The notes under the pieces are model-generated. The model was not told the DNA's origin. It saw only the letters and a program-made list of their open reading frames with translations, and ran no database searches. A program made the position numbers and the translations under genes. Shown here in pieces: positions 52,774-62,651 of a DNA stretch of 64,000 bases. Position 1 is the first letter of the stretch, and each line of letters starts with the position of its first letter. The DNA lies in assembly GCA_965216325.1 (NCBI GenBank), contig OZ244160.1, positions 2,176,001-2,240,000 on the forward strand, read 5' to 3'. This stretch comes from Coraliomargarita sp. (GTDB lineage: Bacteria; Verrucomicrobiota; Verrucomicrobiia; Opitutales; Coraliomargaritaceae).

Positions 52774-54741
52774 ATGAGCATAATCGCACAAATCGAAGCC
52801 GCTGAAAAAGACGGCACTCTTCTCGAAAGCACGGTTGCCAACCTGAAGGTTTGGGCCAACGCCGATTTCCTGCCCGAGTGGGCGGGGCAAAGTATCGCTG
52901 AGCTTGTTGAGCAAGGTGCTTGGGAAGAGCTCAATGATCGCTTCTATCAGAATCTGGCCTTTGGCACGGGTGGTATGCGTGGCCGCACGATCGGTCGTGT
53001 TTCCAGCTCGGTTGAGTCCGGTGATTTGGACGCGCAAAATGGCTCTCCCGCGCATGCAGCGGTCGGCACTAATGTGTTGAACGACTTTAACATCGTTCGC
53101 GCGACGATTGGACTCTTTCGCTATGTGAAGGCTTACCTCGAGGCGGAAGGGCGACATGATTTGCCGCGTTTCGTGATTGCGCACGATGTGCGTCACTTCT
53201 CGCGTCACTTCTGTGAGTTGGCTGCTTCCACATGGACGCAGCTTGGTGGTCAGGCGCTGATTTTTGAAGGTCCGCGTTCGACTCCTCAGTTGAGCTTTGC
53301 GGTGCGTCAAGCTAAGGCAACTTGTGGGGCGGTGATTACTGCCAGCCATAATCCGCCGCACGACAACGGTTTCAAGGTCTACTTTGAAGATGGTGCCCAG
53401 GTCGTTTCACCGCACGCAGAGACGATCGTTGCTGAAGTGAACAAGGTCGCGCTTGAAGAGTTGCCCGCCTATTTGGATATCAAGCTCGATGGTGTGGTGA
53501 CACTGGGCTCGGAAGCGGATGAGGACTATCTGAGTCTGCTTGATGAGATGGTGCTCGATCGTGAGGTGATGGAAGAGCAAAAGGCGAAGGTGGTCTTTAC
53601 GCCAATCCATGGAACTGGTGCAATCAGCAGTATTCCAGCGCTGAAGAAGCTTGGTCTCGATGTGATCGAAGTGGAGGAGCAGATGGTAATCGATTCCCGT
53701 TTTCCAACGGTGAAGTCACCAAATCCGGAAAACGCAGAGGCGCTCGCAATGGGGATCGCCAAGGCTAATGAAACCGGTGCTGATGTGGTCATTGCTACCG
53801 ACCCGGATGCCGACCGCATGGGGGTTGCTGTGCGCAATGCCGATGGCGAGATGGTGCTGCTTACCGGAAATCAGATTGGTACTCTGTTGGCCGAATACCG
53901 TATCTCCACGTTGAAGGATGCAGATATTCTTCCGGAGGAAGGGAGCGAGAATGCCTGCCTCATTAAGACTTTCGTGACCAGCCCGATGCAGGAGGCAGTT
54001 GCGGATTGGCATGGTATCAAGACCATCAATACGCTGACAGGCTTCAAGTGGATTGGCGAGAAGTTGGCCGACTATCAAGCTCAGATGGAGGAAGCGCTTT
54101 TCGAGAAGGAAGGGATGGCGCTCGATTACGATGCAACCGACGTTTGGACGCGTGCCGACCTGTTGCTCGATTACTCCACTTACTTCGTCTTTGGCGGAGA
54201 GGAAAGCTATGGTTATCTGGCGAGCGATGCGGTTCGCGACAAGGATGCCAATGCCGCGGTTGTGATGTTCTGCGAGCTTGCTGCCTATCTGAAGTCGCAG
54301 GATATGACCTTTCCTGAGATGCTGGATTCCCTGTATTTGCAGCATGGATACTACGAGGAAAAGAACATCAATATTTACTACGAAGGCGCTGCGGGTAGCC
54401 AGAAGATCAAAAATATCCTGAGCTCCTATCGCGAGGATGCGCCTAAGGCCTTCGGCGATGTAACCGTGACGGGCTTTACTGATTTCGGTAAGGACGAGAT
54501 TATCGATGCCGACGGTAAGAAGATTCCGCCACAGGACTTTTACTTCCTCGAGTTGAGCAATGGTTACAGCTTTGCGGTTCGCGGTTCTGGCACGGAGCCA
54601 AAGATTAAGTTCTATGTGTTTGGCCGCAGTGACGTGACTGAGCCTGAAGAACTCGCTGCAGTTAAGGCTGCTGGTGGCGAGGTGATGGAGTCGATGCTTG
54701 CTGCGATCGAAGCCGATGCGCGTCAACGTGCGGAAGGCTAG
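52774..54741 (+). CDS. Phosphoglucomutase/phosphomannomutase
   Basis: FGTGGMRG, TASHNP, DPDADR, GEESYGY, RGSGTEPKIKFY. Confidence 0.93.
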   Translation: MSIIAQIEAAEKDGTLLESTVANLKVWANADFLPEWAGQSIAELVEQGAWEELNDRFYQNLAFGTGGMRGRTIGRVSSSVESGDLDAQNGSPAHAAVGTNVLNDFNIVRATIGLFRYVKAYLEAEGRHDLPRFVIAHDVRHFSRHFCELAASTWTQLGGQALIFEGPRSTPQLSFAVRQAKATCGAVITASHNPPHDNGFKVYFEDGAQVVSPHAETIVAEVNKVALEELPAYLDIKLDGVVTLGSEADEDYLSLLDEMVLDREVMEEQKAKVVFTPIHGTGAISSIPALKKLGLDVIEVEEQMVIDSRFPTVKSPNPENAEALAMGIAKANETGADVVIATDPDADRMGVAVRNADGEMVLLTGNQIGTLLAEYRISTLKDADILPEEGSENACLIKTFVTSPMQEAVADWHGIKTINTLTGFKWIGEKLADYQAQMEEALFEKEGMALDYDATDVWTRADLLLDYSTYFVFGGEESYGYLASDAVRDKDANAAVVMFCELAAYLKSQDMTFPEMLDSLYLQHGYYEEKNINIYYEGAAGSQKIKNILSSYREDAPKAFGDVTVTGFTDFGKDEIIDADGKKIPPQDFYFLELSNGYSFAVRGSGTEPKIKFYVFGRSDVTEPEELAAVKAAGGEVMESMLAAIEADARQRAEG

Positions 54742-54763
54742 AGTGGCTTATTATTGATCGAGG

Positions 54764-54795
54764 AAAAAGGCACCCCCGCGTGGGGTGCCTTTTTT
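54764..54795. terminator. Bidirectional intrinsic terminator
   Basis: AAAAAGGCACCCC-CGCGT-GGGGTGCCTTTTTT. Confidence 0.85.
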
Positions 54796-54858
54796 GTCGA
54801 TTGTTCTCGTCTGAGTGTTGAGTGGGTGCGTCCGTTTTTAAGTTAAGTGTATATAACG

Positions 54859-55012
54859 GGTAGGGCAGTCTCGCCGAGGCTGCCGTTCGCTAGGGTTACG
54901 TGAACTGAAATGCGCTCATATATGGTGGGTTGTTGCTGTTGAACTATCCACGTTATCTGGTGGGGTGTTTCCTTCTTCTGGCGAACGGTCGTCTCGGCGA
55001 GACGACCCTACC
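54859..55012. repeat. Inverted pair of GTAG-type REP palindromes
   Basis: GGTAGGGCAGTCTCGCCGAGGCTGCCGTTCGC and inverted GGTAGGGTCGTCTCGCCGAGACGACCGTTCGC. Confidence 0.8.
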
Positions 55013-55115
55013 ATCAGGAAGCCTCGGCTTTGTCGGAGTGGCGCCGCATTGGTTCCTGTGCTCGAATCCGTCCAGTTTTGATCGCCTCGGGGCAGGGAAT
55101 GTGGGGCCCTAGCTT

Positions 55116-56075
55116 CTATCCGAGCTTGGCGGCGACAATATCGCGCACCTTGAGCATGTCTTGTCCAAAGACTCGAATGCCTTGGGCGAGTTTTTCAGTG
55201 GCCATGGCGTCTTCGTTGAGGAGCCAACGGAAAGATTTTTCGGAGACGTCGAGTGGCTCAATGTCCGCAGACTTTGCGGCAGCTGCGCTGAGCTTTTGTT
55301 CGACTTCACCATCCATGTTTTGCAACTCCTCGAGGAGGGCAGGGCTAATGGTGAGCAGGTCGCAGCCGGCAAGTTCGAGGATTTCGCCAATGTTGCGGAA
55401 GCTGGCACCCATGACTTCGGTTTTGTGGCCGAATTTTTTGTAGTAGGTATAGATTTCCTGAACGCTGAGCACGCCGGGGTCGTTCTCGGCGGTATACTCG
55501 ACCTCGGTGTTGGCCTTGTACCAGTCGAGGATTCTGCCTACAAAGGGTGAGATCAGCTGCGCGCCGGCTTCGGCGCAGGCCACCGCTTGTGCGAGGCAGA
55601 AGAGTAGGGTCATGTTGCAGCGGATGCCTTCCTTTTGGAGGATCTCGGCGGCGCGAATGCCTTCCCATGTGGAGGCGATTTTGATCAGAATGCGCTCGCG
55701 CGGGGTGCCCTTCGCCTCGTAGAGGGCGATGAGCTCGCGCGCCTTGGTGATGGTTGCCTCGGTGTCGAAGGACAGTCGGGCGTCGACTTCTGTGGAGACT
55801 CGGCCGGGTACGATCTCGAGGATCTTTTGACCGAAGCCGACGAGCATGTGGTCGATGACGAGGTCGATGCGTGCTTCGCCGTTGACGCTTGAATTGGCGG
55901 TTTCAGCGATTGCTGCGTCGAGCACGGGCAGGTAGGCTTCTTGTTGAAGGGCCTTGAGGATGAGCGAAGGGTTGGTTGTCGCATCCTGTGGCGTGTAGGC
56001 CGCCAGTGTTTCAAAGTCGCCGGTATCGGCGACTACGGTTGTCATGGATTTTAGGGACTCGAGTGTATTTGGCAT
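55116..56075 (-). CDS. tal: Transaldolase
   Basis: [54 protein letters not shown]. Confidence 0.96.
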   Translation of the reverse strand: MPNTLESLKSMTTVVADTGDFETLAAYTPQDATTNPSLILKALQQEAYLPVLDAAIAETANSSVNGEARIDLVIDHMLVGFGQKILEIVPGRVSTEVDARLSFDTEATITKARELIALYEAKGTPRERILIKIASTWEGIRAAEILQKEGIRCNMTLLFCLAQAVACAEAGAQLISPFVGRILDWYKANTEVEYTAENDPGVLSVQEIYTYYKKFGHKTEVMGASFRNIGEILELAGCDLLTISPALLEELQNMDGEVEQKLSAAAAKSADIEPLDVSEKSFRWLLNEDAMATEKLAQGIRVFGQDMLKVRDIVAAKLG

Positions 56076-56161
56076 TTTCGTATGACTGCCTTTAAACTGA
56101 TGAGGTTCAAGGTTCTAAAACGACTGTTACCTGAATGTAATTAATTCCACTTTGTTAAACT

Positions 56162-56250
56162 GGTAGCGCAGGCGCGTCTCGCGCCGCACCAAGACCTAAA
56201 ATATGCACTATCAAACTGTCGATGCGCACCGAGGACGGTGCTGCGCTACC
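56162..56250. repeat. Inverted pair of GGTAGCGCAG REP-like palindromes
   Basis: 56162-56187 and inverted 56224-56250. Confidence 0.6.
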
Positions 56251-56277
56251 CCAAAAACTGAGTTTAACAAAGTAGAA

Positions 56278-56673
56278 TTAATCCTTTGGATCAGTTTCGT
56301 GCTTGGAGAACAGTAGGCAGCCCCAGCCAATGAGTAAGCAGAGCCCGCCGAGTGGGGTGATCGGCCCGAGCCACGGGGCCTCCACGAGGCTGAGCCCATA
56401 GAGCGACCCGGAGAATAGGCAGATTCCGACTACGAAGAAATTTCCCGTGAAAATGTAGGGGCGCTGCTTGCGGCGCCCGCTCTTGCCTAGGCCAAATACG
56501 AGAATGAGAGCTAAGGCGTGCCACATTTGATAGCGGACCGCGGTTTCCCAGGTTGCGACATGCCCTCGCTCAGTTAACAGGTTTTTGAGGCCATGTGCGC
56601 CAAAGGCTCCGAGCGAAACGGCGAGCAGTGCGAAGAGAATGCCGAGGCGGAGATGGAGCGTTGGGTTCTTCAT
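56278..56673 (-). CDS. DUF423/YgdD membrane protein
   Basis: LGAFGAHGL, TAVRYQMWHAL, LFSGSLY, ITPLGG. Confidence 0.9.
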   Translation of the reverse strand: MKNPTLHLRLGILFALLAVSLGAFGAHGLKNLLTERGHVATWETAVRYQMWHALALILVFGLGKSGRRKQRPYIFTGNFFVVGICLFSGSLYGLSLVEAPWLGPITPLGGLCLLIGWGCLLFSKHETDPKD

Positions 56674-56792
56674 TGGCAGTAGGTTAGGTTATTGTCGTAT
56701 TGCACGGCTGTTTTATGCGATTTGCGGGCCGCTGGCTGATGTAAAAATAACTTGCATTAAGCTCAGTTAGGCACATGTATGGACGTGAATAT

Positions 56793-57377
56793 ATGCGAAT
56801 CAAGACCCTTCTAACTGGTGCCCTTGCAGTAACTGCGGGCGTATTCTCCATATCCTCACTCTCTGCTGAAACGGATGCAGAGGTAGTTGCTCTGCTCAAG
56901 AAGATGGAGCAGCGAATTGCTGAATTGGAGGCAAAGGAAGCATCTGAAGCGCAATCTGGCGACGATGCCATGGCTAAGCGTATTGCAGAGTTGGAAGCGC
57001 GCCTAGCGGAACAGGAGCAGGAAACCAAGGAGGTCAAGGTGCTGGCATCCAGTGGCGCTGGCTCTGAAAACGGCATTCTTGGTAATGCCGCGACTTTTGA
57101 TATCTTGGCAAATAGCGCATGGCGCAATCTCCGCTGGACTGAGGAAGATCAGTGGGTTGACATCAAAAAGGGGATCTCTCAGGAGCGCGTAGTTGAGTTG
57201 CTCGGTGCACCGCCGCGCACGGTTAAGTCGCTTAAGCCTCGTGTTGATGAGGTTTATTACTACGAGACGAGTATCCGCGACCACGCGAATTCGTTGAAAG
57301 GCAAAATTTCTTTCAAAAAAGGCAAGGTTATTGCTTTTACGAAACCTGACTTTAGTGCGCTTAAGAGTGGTCAGTAA
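56793..57377 (+). CDS. Exported coiled-coil protein with SmpA/BamE-like C-terminus
   Basis: Signal peptide, repeated RIAELEA, IKKGISQERVVELLGAP. Confidence 0.6.
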   Translation: MRIKTLLTGALAVTAGVFSISSLSAETDAEVVALLKKMEQRIAELEAKEASEAQSGDDAMAKRIAELEARLAEQEQETKEVKVLASSGAGSENGILGNAATFDILANSAWRNLRWTEEDQWVDIKKGISQERVVELLGAPPRTVKSLKPRVDEVYYYETSIRDHANSLKGKISFKKGKVIAFTKPDFSALKSGQ

Positions 57378-57431
57378 TGATCATTTTTTTGGTAGCTAAA
57401 AAACAAACAAAACAAAATAACAACACATACT

Positions 57432-58526
57432 ATGAAAAACAAAATCGCACTCGCATCCGCTTTCGTAGCGGCTTCCGGTCTCGCGACAGCGGAAATCGTC
57501 ATCAACGATTTCCTCTCTTTCGAAGGCTTCATCGATATGTCCTACAGCCACACTGACGTTGACAGTGACAACGTTGCTGTTGCTTCCGGTTCTGATAACA
57601 GCTTCGACATCGATCAGGTTGAAATCGACTGGTTGTTCGATTTCGACACAGTAACTGCTCAAATCGACCTCGCATACGAAGGTTCCGATGGTGATCAGGA
57701 AACTGCTGTTGAGCAGGCATTCGCTACTTACCACTTCGACAACGGTGGTGCGATCACAGCTGGTCGTTTCGCTTCCATGCTTGGTTTTGAAGCATTCGAG
57801 CCAACTGGTCTTTACCAGTTCTCCTTCGCTTACGACTACAGCATCCTTCCTGGTTATGCTCAAGGTGTGAAGTTCACCCACGAAAGCGACAACACTTTCT
57901 TCGGTATCTCCCTTCTTGATAGCTACACTGAGCGTTCCGACGATGATCCTTACAATGGTCGTCTTGGTGGCTCTGATGATTCCGACTGGGCTGTTGAAAT
58001 TGCGGGTGCCTACTACATGGACAATGGTCTGTCCTTCTTCCTGGGTGGTTACTATGAAGATACTGAAGGTCCATCTGTTGACGGTTCTGTTTACGCGATC
58101 AATGGTTATGTAACTTACGAAACAGGTGCATGGATTTTCGCAGCTGAGCTCAACTACGGTGACTCTGAAGTTGGCGCATACGGTCTTTCTGCTGAAGAAG
58201 GCACTCTGTATGATGGGTTCTCCATCTTCAGTGACGACGAAGAAGCGCTCTCTGGTTTGCTCATGGCTAACTACGCTTACAGCGACCAAGGCTCCATCAC
58301 TGCTCGTTTCAGCTATGAAGAACGCACTCTTGACGACACTGCTTTCGGTGACGCAGACGCAGAGCAATACAAGCTGACGCTTGCACACGGCTGGGCATTC
58401 ACAGACAACCTCTCCCTCGTAACTGAAATCAGCTATGTTGATGGTGAAGTTGACCTTGACGGTGGTCTTGAGGACGAAGACTTCGATAGCCTTACTGGTG
58501 CAATCGAAGTTATCTTCGCATTCTAA
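57432..58526 (+). CDS. Outer-membrane beta-barrel porin, paralog 1
   Basis: Signal peptide, amphipathic strands, VEQAF, AGRF.S.LGFE, C-terminal Phe. Confidence 0.8.
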   Translation: MKNKIALASAFVAASGLATAEIVINDFLSFEGFIDMSYSHTDVDSDNVAVASGSDNSFDIDQVEIDWLFDFDTVTAQIDLAYEGSDGDQETAVEQAFATYHFDNGGAITAGRFASMLGFEAFEPTGLYQFSFAYDYSILPGYAQGVKFTHESDNTFFGISLLDSYTERSDDDPYNGRLGGSDDSDWAVEIAGAYYMDNGLSFFLGGYYEDTEGPSVDGSVYAINGYVTYETGAWIFAAELNYGDSEVGAYGLSAEEGTLYDGFSIFSDDEEALSGLLMANYAYSDQGSITARFSYEERTLDDTAFGDADAEQYKLTLAHGWAFTDNLSLVTEISYVDGEVDLDGGLEDEDFDSLTGAIEVIFAF

Positions 58527-58552
58527 TCTGATTCGGATCTAGAATTCTCTTT

Positions 58553-58586
58553 GACGTCCTTCGGCTTCGGCTGGAGGGCGTTTTTT
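58553..58586 (+). terminator. Intrinsic terminator after porin 1
   Basis: ACGTCCTTCGGC-TTCG-GCTGGAGGGCGT followed by T-run. Confidence 0.8.
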
Positions 58587-58716
58587 GTGTGTAAACAAGC
58601 GTTCACTTGCCTGTTGTATAAAAAGCTTCACATTTTAACGTAATTTGGTCACTTTTGATCGTGGAAATAGGCGCTTGTACTTATTTTCGACAAACAAAAA
58701 CAAATACAGCTACACT

Positions 58717-59808
58717 ATGAAAAACAAAATCGCACTAGCATCCGCTTTTGTAGCGGCTTCCGGCCTCGCGACTGCGGAAATCGTAATCAACGATTTCCTC
58801 TCTTTCGAAGGCTTCATCGATATGTCTTACAGCCACACTGATGTAGATTCTGATATCAGCATCCTTGACGGTTCTGACAACAGCTTCGACATCGACCAGG
58901 TTGAAATCGACTGGTTGTTCGACTTCGACACAGTAACTGCACAGATCGACCTTGCATACGAAGGTTCTGATGGTGACCAAGAAACTGCTGTTGAGCAGGC
59001 ATTCGCAACTTACCACTTCGACAATGGTGGCGCGATCACAGCTGGTCGTTTCGCTTCCATGCTCGGTTTTGAAGCTTTCGAGCCAACTGGTCTCTACCAG
59101 TTCTCCTTTGCTTACGACATGAGCATCCTTCCAGGCTATGCACAAGGTGTGAAGTTCACTCACGAGTCTGACAACACATTCTTCGGTCTCTCTCTTCTCG
59201 ACAGCTATGTTGAGCGTGATCTGGACGATCCTTACAATGGTCGTCTTGGTGGTTCTGATGACTCCAGCTATGCATTTGAAATTGCTGGTGCATACTACAT
59301 GGACAATGGCCTTGGCTTCTTCCTTGGCGGTTACTACGAAGACATCGATGGTGACGGAGTAACTTCTGCTGATGGTGACAACTATGCAATCAATGCATAC
59401 GTGACCTTCGAAACTGGTGCTTGGATCTTCGCAGCTGAGCTTAACTACGGTGAAACCGAAGCAAACGCTTATGGTGTCGACTACGGTGTTGATCCTGTCT
59501 TCGGTAACTTGGAAATCGTTGGCACTGACGACGAGGCTGTGTCTGGTCTTCTTATGGCTAACTACGCATATAGCGACAAGGGATCTATCACAGGTCGTAT
59601 CAGCTATGAGTCCTTCGATTATGACAATGCGTTCGACGACGAAATCGAGCAAATCAAGTTCACTATCGCGCACGGCTACGCGTTCACAGACAACCTCTCT
59701 TTGGTAACTGAAATCAGCTACTCTGAGGCAACTGTTGAGAACAACCTCGGCCTTGACGAAGACATCGACACCCTTCTCGGTGCTGTTGAGCTTATCTTCG
59801 CATTCTAA
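58717..59808 (+). CDS. Outer-membrane beta-barrel porin, paralog 2
   Basis: N-terminal half nearly identical to paralog 1; C-terminal IFAF. Confidence 0.8.
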   Translation: MKNKIALASAFVAASGLATAEIVINDFLSFEGFIDMSYSHTDVDSDISILDGSDNSFDIDQVEIDWLFDFDTVTAQIDLAYEGSDGDQETAVEQAFATYHFDNGGAITAGRFASMLGFEAFEPTGLYQFSFAYDMSILPGYAQGVKFTHESDNTFFGLSLLDSYVERDLDDPYNGRLGGSDDSSYAFEIAGAYYMDNGLGFFLGGYYEDIDGDGVTSADGDNYAINAYVTFETGAWIFAAELNYGETEANAYGVDYGVDPVFGNLEIVGTDDEAVSGLLMANYAYSDKGSITGRISYESFDYDNAFDDEIEQIKFTIAHGYAFTDNLSLVTEISYSEATVENNLGLDEDIDTLLGAVELIFAF

Positions 59809-59834
59809 TCTGATTCAGATTTAGAATTTTCTTT

Positions 59835-59865
59835 AAAGCCCCCCGGTTCGCCGGGGGGCTTTTTT
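59835..59865 (+). terminator. Intrinsic terminator after porin 2 (intron target)
   Basis: AAAGCCCCCCGG-TTCG-CCGGGGGGCTTTTTT. Confidence 0.9.
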
Positions 59866-59867
59866 GT

Positions 59868-61781
59868 GTGCGCCCGGCAGGGCGCACTTACTCGACAGTG
59901 ATTATTAATGGAAATTGATGAAAGTCTGTTACTCGCCCGGCAAGGGGAAGAGTTAGCCGAAGGGCAACTGCGGCATCGCGAGGTGTTCGTGGGAAGGAAG
60001 CCTATGGCAAAGCACTGGCCTGACGAACAGGAATCGCATAAGAGGCGTTTGCGTTGGATGAGGAGGCACAGAACTTCAAAGTCCGAAACTTGCCCGGAAA
60101 GCGCAGGCGTATATGCGGCAGGCATAAGTGTGACGGTAAGTGCGCATTACCCGGGGAGGTCTCTGAACATGCTACTGGCTACCAGTGTCGCGAGGCACTG
60201 GGATGTGTTTAGAGAAGTCAGCCGAGATCATAGTAGCCTGCACAGGTCGCGGGCGAAGGATCGAACCGAAGAACGACAACAAGGACTGAGACCATGAGCG
60301 AGAGCAGGGAAGCAGAAGCTGGCGGCACCACCCGTCAGACCCGCGTGGAAGGAACCGGACGGCATCTGGGGCGAGTCCATGCGGGCGCATCAAGCGCGCC
60401 ATCGGCCTTGGAGAACCGAGTTGCTCACCAATACGACCTGATTCGACAGGTGACCGAGCGCGGCAATATCAAAGCCGCGTGGAAGAAAGTGCGCCGCAAC
60501 GGCGGCAGAGCGGGCATCGACGAGCGCGACATGGAAGCCAGCCTGGCGTATCTAAATGCGCACTGGGAGCAGATCGAATCGCAGTTGCTGACCGGGAGGT
60601 ATCGTCCCCCGGCAGTGCTGCGTCTGGAGATCAAAAAGCCGGGCGGGGGCACCCGCAAGCTGGGCGTTCCCACGATCGTTGACCGTGTGCTGCAACAAGC
60701 GGCCTTGCAGATACTCAGCCCGATCTTCGACCCCCTGTTCAGCGAACACAGCTACGGGTTCCGCCCCGGACGCAGCGCAGGACAAGCGGTCGAACAGGCG
60801 CAAAAGTATCAGCACGAAGGCAAGAACTGGGTCGTGGACATGGACTTGAAGGCCTTCTTCGACGAAGTGAACCACGACCTGCTGATGGCGCGGGTGCGCC
60901 GTCATGTGAAAGACAAAGCCATGCTCAAACTGATCCGCTCCTGGCTTAAAGCTGGAGTGATGATCGGCGGGCTGGTTCAACCCATGGAGAAAGGCACGCC
61001 TCAGGGTGGGCCGCTCTCTCCACTGCTGTCCAACATCATGTTGGACGATCTGGATAAGGAACTGGAGAAGCGCGGCCATAGCTTCTGCCGCTACGCGGAC
61101 GACTGTAACATTTACGTCGCCACGCAGCGCAGCGGCGAGCGTGTGCTCGCTTCGATCACGAACTATTTGGAGACCAAACTGAAGCTGAAGGTCAACCACC
61201 TCAAAAGCGCGGTGGATCGTCCGAGCCGCCGGATCTTCCTCGGCTACAGCTTCACTGGGGGCAAGCATAGCCGCATTCGCGTGCCCAAACAGACGACTCA
61301 AAAGATGAAGTCCAAGCTGCGGAAACTCTGCCGCAAAGGGCGCGGGCGCAACCTGCGCCGCTTCATCGCTGAGACGCTCAATCCAGTGCTACGCGGCTGG
61401 ACGAACTACTTCCGCCTGAGTCAGACGAAAACCTTCGCCGGGGAACTGGACGAATGGTTGCGACATCGCTTGCGGTGCATCCTCTGGCGACAGTGGAAAC
61501 GTCCCCACACCCGCTACAGGAAGCTGGTGCAGCTTGGGCTCAGCCCCGAATGTGCCCGCAAAAGCAGCTACAACGGACGCGGGGCGTGGTTTAACAGCGG
61601 AGCCTCTCACATGAACCAAGCCCTCCCACGCAAAGCCTTCACGCAAATGAAGCTCCTATCTGTCTATGATTTGCTCGAATTGATGAGAGCCGAAATCCTT
61701 CTTCGGAACCGCCGTGATACGTGAACCGTACGTCCGGTGGTGTGAGAGCTTGGAGCGGGCAACCGCTCCCGGCTACTCGAT
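59868..61781 (+). mobile_element. Group IIC intron
   Basis: 5' GTGCGCCCGGCAGGGCGCA; domain V AACCGCCGTG..CGTCCGGTGGTGTGAGAG; domain VI ending CTACTCGAT; immediately after a terminator. Confidence 0.92.
60294..61724 (+). CDS. ltrA: Group II intron reverse transcriptase/maturase (no endonuclease domain)
   Basis: RKLGVPT..DR, SYGFRPGRS, DLKAFFD, GTPQGGPLSP, RYADD, FLGY, LNP.LRGW.NYF. Confidence 0.95.
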   Translation: MSESREAEAGGTTRQTRVEGTGRHLGRVHAGASSAPSALENRVAHQYDLIRQVTERGNIKAAWKKVRRNGGRAGIDERDMEASLAYLNAHWEQIESQLLTGRYRPPAVLRLEIKKPGGGTRKLGVPTIVDRVLQQAALQILSPIFDPLFSEHSYGFRPGRSAGQAVEQAQKYQHEGKNWVVDMDLKAFFDEVNHDLLMARVRRHVKDKAMLKLIRSWLKAGVMIGGLVQPMEKGTPQGGPLSPLLSNIMLDDLDKELEKRGHSFCRYADDCNIYVATQRSGERVLASITNYLETKLKLKVNHLKSAVDRPSRRIFLGYSFTGGKHSRIRVPKQTTQKMKSKLRKLCRKGRGRNLRRFIAETLNPVLRGWTNYFRLSQTKTFAGELDEWLRHRLRCILWRQWKRPHTRYRKLVQLGLSPECARKSSYNGRGAWFNSGASHMNQALPRKAFTQMKLLSVYDLLELMRAEILLRNRRDT

Positions 61782-61848
61782 GTCCGGAAGTCGACAGCAC
61801 GGGCATTGGCGTCTATCCGTTGTGAGGTATCTTAAATTACTCTTTATT

Positions 61849-62634
61849 ATGAAGGCTCAAAAATTTTCTGCTGGTGAATTGATTGTTCGTGAGGGTGATG
61901 CTGCCGAGTCGGCATTCTATTTAGCCTCTGGGGTTGTGGAGGTGTTTGTGGGCGCTTCGGATGGCGAGAAGTTTGTGGCGGAACAGTTTGCTGGGGATTT
62001 TTTTGGGGAAATGGGAATGATTTTGGAGCAACCGCGTATGGCATCGGTTCGTGCGAAGACCGATGTCGAGGTTGAGGAATATGATATCGAAAGCTTTGAG
62101 GAGGATGTAATCAATAATGCCGACCGTAGGAATGTGTATCTGCCGAATCTGTTTGAGCGTATTCGGGTGATTTCGAGCCTCTTGCGAAATGCGATTGATG
62201 GCGAGGTCGGCTCGACCGTGTGTCGCCTTGAGGCGGACGGTGGTGAGGTTCCTGTGCCTGTATCGGAGGAGGTTCTCCCCCTTAGGCTTCGGAGTGTCGA
62301 GCCGCTCGATGGCGCATCTGCATGCCTGGATCTAACTATTAAGCGCTTCCCGTTTAATATCGGACGCAGCTCGCGGAGTAAGGTTTTGGTTGAGAATGAT
62401 TACTATCTGGATGATAAGCGTCCGCATCAGGTGTCGCGTGGGCACTGTGTCATTGAGAGGCGTGGAGCTTCCTATGTGGTTCGAGATCGTTATAGTTCCT
62501 GTGGCACGATTTTGAACGGTGAGCGCTTGGGCAGGGAGGGGGCTGCCTTTGTGGGAGTCCTCAAGGCTGGTCAGAATCAGCTTATTTTGGGGGACGAGGG
62601 GAGCTCATTTAAATTCGAGCTCATCCTTGGGTAG
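61849..62634 (+). CDS. Cyclic-nucleotide-binding + FHA domain protein
   Basis: EGD, GDFFGEMG...PRMASV; FHA IGR..ND..VSRGH..S.CGTILNG. Confidence 0.85.
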   Translation: MKAQKFSAGELIVREGDAAESAFYLASGVVEVFVGASDGEKFVAEQFAGDFFGEMGMILEQPRMASVRAKTDVEVEEYDIESFEEDVINNADRRNVYLPNLFERIRVISSLLRNAIDGEVGSTVCRLEADGGEVPVPVSEEVLPLRLRSVEPLDGASACLDLTIKRFPFNIGRSSRSKVLVENDYYLDDKRPHQVSRGHCVIERRGASYVVRDRYSSCGTILNGERLGREGAAFVGVLKAGQNQLILGDEGSSFKFELILG

Positions 62635-62651
62635 TCGCTGTTGAGGGCAAT

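Noticed and set aside
60294..61724. Retron, DGR or defence-associated reverse transcriptase
   Set aside because: Has maturase X domain and flanking group II intron ends with domains V and VI; no msr-msd or TR/VR pair seen
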